A DNA stretch of 64,000 nt, taken from NCBI GenBank assembly GCA_913043225.1, contig CAJWLU010000007.1, positions 1 to 64,000 on the forward strand. The letters run 5' to 3'. The position numbers were made by a program, and so were the translations under genes. Below are positions 1 through 10,115 of the stretch, in pieces. The stretch comes from an uncultured Acidobacteriota bacterium. Lineage in GTDB: Bacteria; Acidobacteriota; Vicinamibacteria; Vicinamibacterales; UBA8438. The notes beneath the pieces are model-generated. The model was not told the origin of the DNA. It searched no databases and was given only the letters and a program-made list of their open reading frames with translations. The stretch's first letter is position 1. The number at the start of each line of letters is the position of its first letter.

Positions 1-2
1 TC

Positions 3-185
3 CGCGGACGGGTAATGAGCATCTACCTGGTCGCCTTCCGTGGAGGCATGCCGCTGGGCAGCTTGGTCAGCGGCTACTTCATCTCCCAATTCTCCGCCCC
101 GATCGTCATCGCCACCAACGGGCTCCTGCTGTCAATCGTGGCCGCCGGCTTTCTTGGCTTCGATCGAAGAGTCCGGGAGCTGTAA
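3..185 (+). CDS. MFS transporter, C-terminal part (truncated by window edge)
   Basis: Frame 3 reads RGRVMSIYLVAFRGGMPLGSLVSG...VREL* (TAA 183-185); the RGRVMS and GMPLGSL helices are typical of MFS C-termini. Confidence 0.75.
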   Translation, partial: RGRVMSIYLVAFRGGMPLGSLVSGYFISQFSAPIVIATNGLLLSIVAAGFLGFDRRVREL

Positions 186-198
186 GGGAACCGGCGTA

Positions 199-236
199 GA
201 GTTTTGCGGAGAACTCCGTGCAAAACTCCGTAAAAT
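199..236 (+). promoter_or_regulatory. Inverted repeat plus -10 box upstream of the OmpA gene
   Basis: GAGTTTTGC (199-207) / GCAAAACTC (220-228) inverted repeat; TAAAAT at 231-236, 9 nt before ATG 246. Confidence 0.4.
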
Positions 237-245
237 AAAAACGGG

Positions 246-1091
246 ATGAGCACAGGAACCAAAGCGGCGCTCGTGGTACTGGCGCTCCTTGTCGCAGGTG
301 GCGGCGGCTACGTTGTCAACCAGACCCTCCACCACATCGACCAGCTCAACTCGCAGATCAGCTCGCTCGAAAAGTCGTTGACGAAAACGACCGAAGCTGC
401 CGACGCGGCTACCCAGCGTGCCGAGGTGTCCGAACAGTCGGCCCGCGAATCGGAGCGGTCGCGCGTGCTCGCTGAAGACGACGCTGCAGCGGCCCGCCAG
501 GCAGCCGCCAACGCGGGCCAGCGCGCCACACTCGCCGACGACAGGGCCGCGGCCGCTGAGGAGGCCTCGACCGAGGCACGGGCCGCAGCCCAGGCTGCGC
601 AGGAGCGCGCCGACGAGATCCGGCGCGTCGCCGAGACGGAAATGAACCGGCTGACCGAGGCACTTGGCCGAATTGCCGAGACCCGCCGTACCGCATTGGG
701 GCTGGTAATGAGCCTCGACGAAGGCTACCTGAAGTTTGATTTCGACAAGGCGGATCTGCGGCTCGAAAGTCGTGAGCTGCTGTCACGAATCGCCGGCATC
801 CTGTACACCGCCGAGGACTTCACCATTACGGTCAGCGGACATACCGACGCGCGTGGCGCCGAAGAGTACAATCAGGAATTGTCCGAGCGCCGCGCCCAGG
901 CGGTGGCCGACTACCTCATCGAGGCCGGGCTCTCGCCCGAGCTATTCACCGTGCAGGGCCTCGGCCAGACGCAACTGATCGACGACGGCACCACCCCAGA
1001 AGCCCACGCCAAGAACCGCCGCGTCGAGCTGGGCATGGTCAATGCCCGTATCGTCCAGCCGTCGGCGTTCGACCAGCTACAGAATCCCTAG
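246..1091 (+). CDS. OmpA/MotB-like peptidoglycan-binding protein with N-terminal anchor and Ala-rich coiled coil
   Basis: FDFDKA, GHTDARG, YNQELSERRAQAV, KNRRVEL OmpA_C motifs; N-terminal hydrophobic segment. Confidence 0.9.
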   Translation: MSTGTKAALVVLALLVAGGGGYVVNQTLHHIDQLNSQISSLEKSLTKTTEAADAATQRAEVSEQSARESERSRVLAEDDAAAARQAAANAGQRATLADDRAAAAEEASTEARAAAQAAQERADEIRRVAETEMNRLTEALGRIAETRRTALGLVMSLDEGYLKFDFDKADLRLESRELLSRIAGILYTAEDFTITVSGHTDARGAEEYNQELSERRAQAVADYLIEAGLSPELFTVQGLGQTQLIDDGTTPEAHAKNRRVELGMVNARIVQPSAFDQLQNP

Positions 1092-1103
1092 CTCCGCATC
1101 CGC

Positions 1104-1223
1104 TCACGAACGTCGCCTGCCGTAGCCCAGTTCATCGAGCCGGTCGATCAGATCCTCGATGGTCTGCGCGGTGTAGTCCTCCGGATCGTCCACTGCATGG
1201 GCGTGGAGCTCGACCTTGAGCAT
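1104..1223 (-). pseudogene. PHP-domain protein N-terminal remnant (39 aa)
   Basis: MLKVELHAHAVDDPEDYTAQTIEDLIDRLDELGYGRRRS*; HxH PHP motif I and the following helix; GGAGG directly upstream; stops where the 'AITxH' motif should begin. Confidence 0.6.
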
Positions 1224-1287
1224 CCTCCGCTGGCATCAGCCGGGGGAACCGGCCGGTCTCGCGGTCGGCTCCGCTACAATGCGCCAC

Positions 1288-2424
1288 GTGCCTGCGTCCG
1301 GAGCCGTCCGTGAACTCGCCTCGCTGTTTCTACGGCTCGGAGTGACCGCCTTCGGCGGACCGGCAGCCCACATCGCCATGATGCGAGACGAGGTGGTGGA
1401 GCGGCGCCAATGGCTGACCGACGACGAGTTCCTCGACCTGCTGGCAGCGACGAATCTGATTCCAGGTCCGAACTCGACCGAGATGGCGATTCATCTGGGG
1501 CTGAAGCGAGGCGGACGGTGGGGCCTCGTCGTCGCCGGGTGCTGCTTCATCCTGCCCCCGGCGGTGATGGTGGGACTCCTCGCCTGGGGCTACACTTCGT
1601 ACGGGAATACCCCTCAGGTCGAGTGGCTGATGTATGGCGTTGGCCCCGTCATCATCGCCGTAGTGCTCCACGCATTGTGGAAGCTCGGCGCATCCGCCAT
1701 CAAGGGCCCGCTGACTGCCGCGGTAGCGCTGCTCGCTGCTGGTCTCTCGCTGGCCGGCTGGAACGAACTTGCGTTGCTCGCCGCCGGAGCCGCCGTCATG
1801 GTGATGGCCCACACCTGGCGACCGGGCATCGTCACGACCCTGCTCGCCATCGCCGGGGGATCGGCTACGGTACTGGCCCAGGCCACGGCCACCGTCGCGG
1901 TACCGATCACGCTTGCCAGGCTGACCCTGTTCTTCCTGAAGGTGGGGTCGGTGTTGTTCGGCAGCGGCTACGTCCTGCTAGCGTTCCTTCGGGCTGACCT
2001 TACCGAGAACTGGGGCTGGTTGACAGACCAGCAGCTGATCGACGCCATCACTATTGGTCAGGTGACTCCGGGTCCGGTCTTCACCACCGCCACCTTCATC
2101 GGCTATCTGCTCGCGGGTACCGCCGGGGCAACATTGGCCACCATCGCCATCTTCGCGCCAGGATTCGTCTTCGTGGCGCTCTCCCAGCCGCTCATTCCCC
2201 GTCTGCGAGCCTCCGCGCTGACCTCGTCCGTGCTCGACGGAGTGGTCGTGACGTCACTCGGTCTCATGGCGGCGGTGACGGTCCACCTCGGCCGTGCGGT
2301 GCTGATCGATCCGATCACCATCGGCCTGGCGGTAATTGCCGCGGGGCTGCTGCTTACGGCCCAGCTGAATACGACCTGGCTCGTGCTGGGAGGCGCCATC
2401 GCCGGCTGGCTGCTCGGAAGCTGA
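1288..2424 (+). CDS. chrA: Chromate efflux transporter (CHR family, long bidomain)
   Basis: GVTAFGGPAAH, LIPGPNSTE, GSVLFGSGY, GQVTPGP motifs; start GTG 1288 or ATG 1279. Confidence 0.92.
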   Translation: MPASGAVRELASLFLRLGVTAFGGPAAHIAMMRDEVVERRQWLTDDEFLDLLAATNLIPGPNSTEMAIHLGLKRGGRWGLVVAGCCFILPPAVMVGLLAWGYTSYGNTPQVEWLMYGVGPVIIAVVLHALWKLGASAIKGPLTAAVALLAAGLSLAGWNELALLAAGAAVMVMAHTWRPGIVTTLLAIAGGSATVLAQATATVAVPITLARLTLFFLKVGSVLFGSGYVLLAFLRADLTENWGWLTDQQLIDAITIGQVTPGPVFTTATFIGYLLAGTAGATLATIAIFAPGFVFVALSQPLIPRLRASALTSSVLDGVVVTSLGLMAAVTVHLGRAVLIDPITIGLAVIAAGLLLTAQLNTTWLVLGGAIAGWLLGS

Positions 2425-2434
2425 GGGGAACGAG

Positions 2435-2793
2435 TCAGGACTTCGGCGAGCGTCCGCGCCAAATCAAGCGCAGGAGCCTGGGCGTCGTAAACCAGCGGAG
2501 CGTCCCCAGCCGGGCCAGACGGAGCGGACCCAGGTCGATCCGGCAGATCGCTCCTTTTTAGACCTAAGCTGCACAGTGCTGCGGGTCAGTGCGGCAGCCA
2601 ACGTCGAGAGGCTGGGCTCGTGTCCGACTAGCCCACCGATGCGACGGCTGAATAGGCGCCAAGGGCGGTCCTAACCCCTTAGGGCGTGCCGGCCGGTTCC
2701 AGGGCGTCGACCCTTACCTACTGGGGGATGCGGGGTGACGGCGGCCGACAGCAGCTCGGCCGCGATGCCATGTCGAACGAGGTAGAGCTGCAA
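2435..2793 (-). pseudogene. sixA: Phosphohistidine phosphatase SixA, decayed
   Basis: LQLYLVRHGIA (RHG motif) ... AELLSAAV..HPPV ... LVGHEPSL ... KGAICRIDL ... LRWFTTPRLLR, spread over several frames with stops; the RPLT/SP-R segment is deleted. Confidence 0.75.
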
Positions 2794-3012
2794 GTTCAGT
2801 ACGTGCGGCCGGACACCAACCGACGAAACGCGCCGACCGACGGGTCGCCGGACAGGCCCATCTTGAGAGGAGCAGGCAAACTGCCGGTCGCTGGGCGGCG
2901 CACCCATAAGCGTTCGGCCGTATAAAACGGCGGGTCGCAACACGCGCCTGATGCAGCGGCTCCACCTCGCCTGCAAGCACCGGCTCGACGTGGCGCTGAA
3001 ACGAGCACGCAT
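2794..3012 (-). pseudogene. CHAD-domain protein N-terminal remnant
   Basis: FQRHVEPVLAGEVEPLHQARVATRR matches the CHAD 'H..RV..RR' motif; position between ppx and sixA fits the usual polyP locus. Confidence 0.6.
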
Positions 3013-3152
3013 AGCGGCGAAACGGCCGTTATAAGGGGTGAATCCGGGGCATGGTAGGATGGCCTGGGTTCGTCGAGAAGCGCGTTCGACCGAATCGAGA
3101 AGTGTAGCGAATGCGGTAAATGGACGTCACCCATACGTCATAGTTGTGGCAC

Positions 3153-4796
3153 ATGCGCATAGCGGCCATCGACATCGGGACGAACTCGGTGCACATGATC
3201 GTGGTGCGGGTCCGGGTCGACCTGTCTATCGAGATCGTCGACCGGGAGAAGGAAATGATCCGGCTCGGTGCAGGCGGACTGGACGGACGCGCCCTGACCG
3301 AGACCGCCATGCACAACGGATTGCAGGCGCTCTCGCGGTTCCGCCGACTGGCCGACTCCCATCGCGTCGACGAGGTGATCGCAGCCGCCACTAGCGCCGT
3401 CCGTGAAGCCGAGAACGGACGCCTGTTTCTCGACCGCATCAGGGACACCACCGGCATCCGCCCCAAGGTGATATCCGGCACCGAAGAGGCTCATCTCATT
3501 CATCGGGCGGCGGTCTACGGCGTGGGCGTCGGCACCGACTCGGCCGTCGTCATCGACATCGGCGGCGGCAGCGTGGAGCTCACGGTTGGGTCGGACCAGG
3601 GCGCCGCACTGGCCCGCAGCCTCAAGATCGGGGTCATCCGGCTCGCCGAGCGCTTCGGCAGCGGCGACCCCCTGCCGCGGCGAGAGGAGCGGGCCATGGC
3701 CCGCTATGTGGCCGCAGCGATCGCCGAGCCAATCACCCAGATCAAGAGCCAGGGGTTCGATCGTGTCATCGGCACCTCCGGCACCATCCTCAGCCTCGGC
3801 GGTCTGGCCAGCGGAGACGGCCGTGGCGCGCCAGAGGATCTGCGCAACCTCAAGGTCCAGGCGAAGCAGTTCCGTCGCGTGCGCAAGGAACTGGTGGCGC
3901 TCACCCTGGCCGAACGACTACGCGTGCCCGGCCTCGATCCACGTCGTGCCGATCTCATCGTGGCGGGCGCCGTACTCTTCGACACCATCCTGAAGGAACT
4001 CGGGACGGAAGAGGTCACCCTGTGCGACCTGTCACTGCGCGAAGGACTCGCACTCGACTATATCGACCGGAACCAGACTAAGGTCGCTCGGGTCGAAAAG
4101 TATCCTGACGTCCGACGTCGGAGCGTCATCGAACTGGCAGAACGGTGCAACTATTCGCCGGCCCACGCAGGTCAGGTGGCCCGCCTGTCGCTCTCACTGT
4201 TCGACCAGACCCAGGCCACCCACGGGCTCGGCGAGCGCGAGCGCGAGTGGCTGGCATACGCCGCCTTGCTCCACGACGTCGGCGTTCACATCAGCTTCAC
4301 TCGCCACCACAAGCACTCCTACTACCTGATCAAGAACGGTGACCTGCGGGGCTTCGAACCGGACGAGGTCGAGGTGATCGCGCTGACAGCGCGTTATCAC
4401 CGCCGCGGCACACCCAAGAAGGCTCATCCCGGCTACGGCGAACTGCCGGGTGAGCTCAAACGAACAGTGCGCACCCTGGGTGCGCTACTCCGGCTGGCCG
4501 AGGGCCTCGATCGCAGTCACGAGCAGAGCATCGGAGATCTAGTGCTCTCTGAAGTGGGTGACTCCTGGTTCGTGCGGATCGGCGCCCAAGGCGACACCGA
4601 GCTCGAACTGTGGTCAGCCCAGCGTCTGGTGCGCCCGCTGGAAGAGGTCCTGGAGCATCCGATCCGGTTCGAACTGCTCGGTGACGCGGCCGGCGAGGCC
4701 CGACGCGACGCGAGATCCCGCCCCCGACGACAGATTACCGGCCGAGACCAGGAAACCTTCACTCCGTCACTGGCCAGATCCGAGGCGAACGGGTAA
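3153..4796 (+). CDS. ppx: Exopolyphosphatase Ppx/GppA with HD domain
   Basis: AAIDIGTNS, ATSAVREAEN, DIGGGSVE, GTSGT, LREG, LLHDVG, YHRR. Confidence 0.93.
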   Translation: MRIAAIDIGTNSVHMIVVRVRVDLSIEIVDREKEMIRLGAGGLDGRALTETAMHNGLQALSRFRRLADSHRVDEVIAAATSAVREAENGRLFLDRIRDTTGIRPKVISGTEEAHLIHRAAVYGVGVGTDSAVVIDIGGGSVELTVGSDQGAALARSLKIGVIRLAERFGSGDPLPRREERAMARYVAAAIAEPITQIKSQGFDRVIGTSGTILSLGGLASGDGRGAPEDLRNLKVQAKQFRRVRKELVALTLAERLRVPGLDPRRADLIVAGAVLFDTILKELGTEEVTLCDLSLREGLALDYIDRNQTKVARVEKYPDVRRRSVIELAERCNYSPAHAGQVARLSLSLFDQTQATHGLGEREREWLAYAALLHDVGVHISFTRHHKHSYYLIKNGDLRGFEPDEVEVIALTARYHRRGTPKKAHPGYGELPGELKRTVRTLGALLRLAEGLDRSHEQSIGDLVLSEVGDSWFVRIGAQGDTELELWSAQRLVRPLEEVLEHPIRFELLGDAAGEARRDARSRPRRQITGRDQETFTPSLARSEANG

Positions 4797-4799
4797 ACA

Positions 4800-5687
4800 G
4801 TGGCGCGGCTACCTTGTCTCGTTCGTGGTCTCGTGGTGGTCCTCGTTGCCCTGTCGGCCCAGTCAGTGGTGGGGCAAGAGGGTGGTCTCGTCGCGCCGGG
4901 CGCCAAGGTCGAGCGTGTCGCCACCGGCTTCGGTTTCCTCGAAGGGCCGGCGGCCGACGCCGACGGCAACCTGTACTTCAGCGATGTGGCTCGGGAGCGG
5001 ATCCATCGCTGGTCGCCCGAGACCGGCGTGACGCTCTTCCGCGAGCAGACCGGGCGAGCCAACGGCCTACGGGTCGACCTGGACGGCACCCTGCTAATCT
5101 GCGAAATGTCCACCCGCCAGGTCACCGCCATCGACCGCGAAGGCGAGCTGATGGTGCTGGTGGATCACTATGAGGATCGGCGCTTGAACAGCCCGAACGA
5201 TCTGTGGGTCGACCCCCGGGGCGGCATCTACTTCAGCGACCCGCGTTACGGGTCGACGGCCGACGTCGAACTCGAGGGCCAGCACGTCTACTATCTATCG
5301 CCGGATCGGTCCACGCTGACTCAGGTTACCGACGACCTCGTACAACCGAACGGTCTCATCGGCACACCCGATGGCTCGCGACTCTATGTCGCCGACCATG
5401 GTGCGGGCCGCGTGTGGGCATATCGAATCGACGCCGATGGCGCGCTGACCGACAAGCGGGTCTTCGTGTCCCAGGGGAGTGACGGCCTAACGATGGACGA
5501 CCGGGGCAATGTCTATCTAACGGGCCAAGACGTGACGATCTTCAACCCCGCGGGCGAGGCGATCGCCTCCATCGGCGTACCGGAACCGCCCGCCAACGTG
5601 ACATTTGGCGGCAGCGACGGCACCACCCTGTTCATCGCCGCGAGAACCTCCCTCTATCGCGTGTCGATGCTGGTCACCGGCCAGTAG
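4800..5687 (+). CDS. SMP-30/gluconolactonase/LRE family protein, exported
   Basis: FLEGP, LNSPNDL, QPNGL, SDGLTMD, PANVTFGG; signal peptide. Confidence 0.9.
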   Translation: MARLPCLVRGLVVVLVALSAQSVVGQEGGLVAPGAKVERVATGFGFLEGPAADADGNLYFSDVARERIHRWSPETGVTLFREQTGRANGLRVDLDGTLLICEMSTRQVTAIDREGELMVLVDHYEDRRLNSPNDLWVDPRGGIYFSDPRYGSTADVELEGQHVYYLSPDRSTLTQVTDDLVQPNGLIGTPDGSRLYVADHGAGRVWAYRIDADGALTDKRVFVSQGSDGLTMDDRGNVYLTGQDVTIFNPAGEAIASIGVPEPPANVTFGGSDGTTLFIAARTSLYRVSMLVTGQ

Positions 5688-5754
5688 GGAGGATCGGTCG
5701 GGTACAATTGCAGGGTTGCCCGGACGCTGGGCGAGTCCACAGGCGCCGATCGCG

Positions 5755-5928
5755 ATGGCAGAGACGATTTGCGTGCAGTGCCGGGCTCGACCGGTGACAA
5801 AGGCGTGGCGTCCCTTCTGCAGTGAACGCTGCAAGCTACTCGACCTCCAGAACTGGGTTGATGGGGGCTACCGCGTGGCGGGGGAAGCCACGAGCCAGGG
5901 CAACGACGACGGCGCCCCGCAGGAGTGA
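5755..5928 (+). CDS. yacG: DNA gyrase inhibitor YacG
   Basis: CVQC...RPFCSERCKLLDLQNW Zn-finger signature. Confidence 0.88.
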   Translation: MAETICVQCRARPVTKAWRPFCSERCKLLDLQNWVDGGYRVAGEATSQGNDDGAPQE

Positions 5929-5929
5929 C

Positions 5930-7216
<1,287 letters not shown>

Positions 7217-8839
7217 TCAGATCGTCTCGGACGAATCCTGACCGCGATAGCTAACCACCAGCACGGTGACGTCGTCATTTTGGACGGCGCCGGCGGTGAA
7301 GGTATTCACGCTGGAAAACAGGTGTTCAAGCTGGCTCTGAGCGTCACGCCCGGCTGCTCCTTCGATACTCTCGAGGATCCGAGCATCCTCGAACTCCTCG
7401 CCCTCGGGGTTGAGCGCCTCTGACACTCCGTCGGAAAAGGTCACGAGGAAGTCGCCCGGCGCCATCCGGACCGTCTCCTCTTCGAGCGGCGCTCCCGCGA
7501 ACAGCCCTAGCGGCATCCCACCCGTCTCCAGACGCTTGATCCCGTCCGCGCTCACGAGGAATGGCGGATTGTGGCCCGCGTTGCAGAACGTCAGCTCACC
7601 CTCCGGCGCGAGCACCGCATAGAACAGCGTGACAAAACGTGACTCGATCGCGCGATGCACGAGCGCCGTGTTCGCATGACTGAGGGCGTCGGCCGGCCCA
7701 GACGCGCTGTCGGTCTGCGCCGCGAGGTTCCCTTGCATCAACGCACCCAGAAGTGCAGCTGGCGGCCCCTTCCCCGCCACGTCACCCAACGCGAACCCGA
7801 ACCGCCCATCGGGCAGGTCCATGTACTCGAAGAAATCGCCACCAATGGAGCGGCAAGCCATCATCTCGGCGGCCGCATCGAAGAACGCCCCGGCGCGACT
7901 ACGGGTAGGTAGCAACGCCTGCTGGATCTGGGCCGCGGTCGCCATCTCCTGGTCGAGCCGCGACTTTTCGAGCGCGTCACGATAGAGCTGGGCGTTGTCG
8001 ATCGCGACGGCGGCCTCGGCCGCGAGGGTGTCGAGCGTCGCCCGGGTCTCGTCGGTCATCAAAGTGCCCTTCTCGCGGCTGTCGAGATAGAGCACGCCGA
8101 TCCGTCGCTCTTCAGTCGTCGAGTCGGCCGATTCGACGTAACGCACCAGCTGCAGCGGAACGCATAGGACATTCCGAATTCCGAGCGCGACGGTGCCCAG
8201 ATGCTGGTCAGCCAGGTCGCCTTCGAGCAGATCCGCCTCGATCCGCGACTTACCTGTCCGGAACACCTGCTCAGGAATCTTCTGACTCGTCTCGAACCGG
8301 CTCCCGGGCAACGTCGTGCGGTCACGCGACCGTCCAAGCTTGAACTCGAGCTGTTCGTCCTCACCGGCCAGCATGATGAACCCACGTTCGGCACCGCTCA
8401 CGGCAATGGCCGAGTCCATCACCAGCGACAGCACGTCATCGAGCACCTTGCCTGAGCTCAGCGCGCGGAGCCCCTCAAGGAGCACGGCCACCTGATGCAT
8501 CGCGCCGATGGTCGAGGCGCTTCGATTATCCACCGGAGCGTCCGAGGCGAGAAACACGAGTTCGGCGCCGCCGCTCCGTCCCAGTTTGATCTGATCCCCG
8601 TGGACGAGTCGGTGCTTCTTGACCTCCTCACCGTTGACGAAGGTGCCATAACGAGACCCGGTGTCACGGAGCTCATAGGCCCCGTTCACCGTGACGATCT
8701 CGGCGTGATCGCGAGACACCTCACCGCTGGGCAGGTTCAGGTCGCTTGTCACCCGACGCCCAATGACGAAGGGTTCCTTGGAGATCTCGACCATCCGGAG
8801 GCCGAGCTGGTCGTTGACTTCGAGGCGAGCCTGCGGCAT
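7217..8839 (-). CDS. FHA + GAF + SpoIIE/PP2C protein phosphatase
   Basis: IGRR/VSRDHA/GTFVNG (FHA); AERGFIML, VLCVPL, GVLYLD (GAF); IGGDFF, GDVAGKG, NAGHNPP, SDGVSE, DDVT (PP2C). Confidence 0.9.
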   Translation of the reverse strand: MPQARLEVNDQLGLRMVEISKEPFVIGRRVTSDLNLPSGEVSRDHAEIVTVNGAYELRDTGSRYGTFVNGEEVKKHRLVHGDQIKLGRSGGAELVFLASDAPVDNRSASTIGAMHQVAVLLEGLRALSSGKVLDDVLSLVMDSAIAVSGAERGFIMLAGEDEQLEFKLGRSRDRTTLPGSRFETSQKIPEQVFRTGKSRIEADLLEGDLADQHLGTVALGIRNVLCVPLQLVRYVESADSTTEERRIGVLYLDSREKGTLMTDETRATLDTLAAEAAVAIDNAQLYRDALEKSRLDQEMATAAQIQQALLPTRSRAGAFFDAAAEMMACRSIGGDFFEYMDLPDGRFGFALGDVAGKGPPAALLGALMQGNLAAQTDSASGPADALSHANTALVHRAIESRFVTLFYAVLAPEGELTFCNAGHNPPFLVSADGIKRLETGGMPLGLFAGAPLEEETVRMAPGDFLVTFSDGVSEALNPEGEEFEDARILESIEGAAGRDAQSQLEHLFSSVNTFTAGAVQNDDVTVLVVSYRGQDSSETI

Positions 8840-8897
8840 GAGTGCGTCGGAGTGAGCGATTACCGAGGTGACCTGACGGGCATCATACCGCACTCAT

Positions 8898-9089
8898 TCA
8901 GCCGGCAACCCAACAGGCGAGGGCAGTGACAATGACCACCACCACGGCCACGACCAGCCACCGTCCGGCTGAGCCAGAGGCACTCGGCTCGGCGACCGGC
9001 TCCCGAGTGCGGACCGTGGTCGCGGCTCCGCACCGAAAGCAGATGAGCGCGTTGTCCTCAATCTCGGTCTGACACTGCGTGCACTGCAT
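8898..9089 (-). CDS. Small zinc-ribbon membrane protein
   Basis: CTQC..ICFRCG followed by a C-terminal TM helix; TAGAAT 10 nt upstream. Confidence 0.7.
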   Translation of the reverse strand: MQCTQCQTEIEDNALICFRCGAATTVRTREPVAEPSASGSAGRWLVVAVVVVIVTALACWVAG

Positions 9090-9122
9090 GCGGTCAGAGA
9101 TTCTACTCTGGAGAACCGGTGG

Positions 9123-10115
9123 TCAGTCGCTGCCCATACGACGGCGGATATCTCGGGACACGGTGGCCAGTTCGACCAGCAGCCGTTCAAGCTCGGCGGC
9201 ATACATGTCTCGGGTGAGGGTTTGCTGACCGGCCCGCAGCCGGGCAAGCTCCTCGAGGAGCACCTCTCGCCGGTCGACCAGGGGCATGACCGACGGATCG
9301 CGCTCTGCCTCGTCACGTACCGGCCCGGCCCCCAAGAGCAGACGGGCGGATATCAGTCCGTCGGGCCCTGCGGCCTCTGCCTCGCGACCCCGGCCGTCAC
9401 CGGTATCGTCAATCAAGGCCCGCTCGGTCGCCAGGCGTCCCGCCTGTCGATACCACTCTCGCACGCCGCGGCTGGCGTACTCGAACGCTTCCAGCACCGA
9501 GACCGCGCCGTCCTTGTCCGTGTCCCCCGCCTGGTCGGCCAGCGCCTCGACAAAGAACTCAGGAAACTGGGTCTCAAAGCGCTGGGCCGGAGACTCGGTC
9601 GCCGTGATCACTGTTCGACCCGGTCGAGACAGACGCTGCATAAAAGGGGCACTAGCGCTCGCCGTGTTGATGAACACGACCCGCCCGGGCACGGGAGCCA
9701 GCCAGCGGTCCCACTCGGAGGCCGACAGGTCTGGACCGACCAGGTTGAACTTTGCGTCGACGCCGTCGAACGAGCCATGCCCGATCAACACGATGTGGAG
9801 CACGGCACGTTCGCTCATCCGCGCGGTCAACGCGTCCAGCGCGTCACGAATACCATCCCGCGACGCGCGCCCAACGCCCGGCCCCGGGGTCTCCGCCAGG
9901 ACCACGAGGTGGTCATCCTGGAACCCGCGCTGGTTCCGGAGGGCGGTGATCAACCGGCCGCGCCAGTCCTCATTGCGTGTTTCGTATCGGGACTCCCCGG
10001 ACGCACCGATGACCAGGAGGGTGAATCGTTCGAGCGGTTGCGCTCCTGCCGTCGTGCCGAAGACGAGCCACCCCACCGCGGTGGCGATCAAGAGACCACT
10101 CCGCCTCGCGCTCAC
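9123..10115 (-). CDS. Exported caspase/C13-like fold protein (last gene of the MoxR operon)
   Basis: Signal peptide; LIGHG motif, VITAT, DKDGAVSVLEAFEY; GTG overlaps the upstream TGA. Confidence 0.65.
   Translation of the reverse strand: MSARRSGLLIATAVGWLVFGTTAGAQPLERFTLLVIGASGESRYETRNEDWRGRLITALRNQRGFQDDHLVVLAETPGPGVGRASRDGIRDALDALTARMSERAVLHIVLIGHGSFDGVDAKFNLVGPDLSASEWDRWLAPVPGRVVFINTASASAPFMQRLSRPGRTVITATESPAQRFETQFPEFFVEALADQAGDTDKDGAVSVLEAFEYASRGVREWYRQAGRLATERALIDDTGDGRGREAEAAGPDGLISARLLLGAGPVRDEAERDPSVMPLVDRREVLLEELARLRAGQQTLTRDMYAAELERLLVELATVSRDIRRRMGSD

Noticed and set aside
2660..3140. Large structured ncRNA (RNase P/tmRNA-like) in the long spacer before ppx
   Set aside because: No conserved RNA motifs recognised; the region is explained by sixA/CHAD remnants on the minus strand
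3773..3787. 15-bp match (CACCTCCGGCACCAT) to the tRNA-Leu 3' end, suggesting an att site; shorter match at 11031-11043
   Set aside because: It lies inside ppx, encoding the conserved GTSGT motif. No integrase is present and the region between holds core genes, so a chance match is most likely
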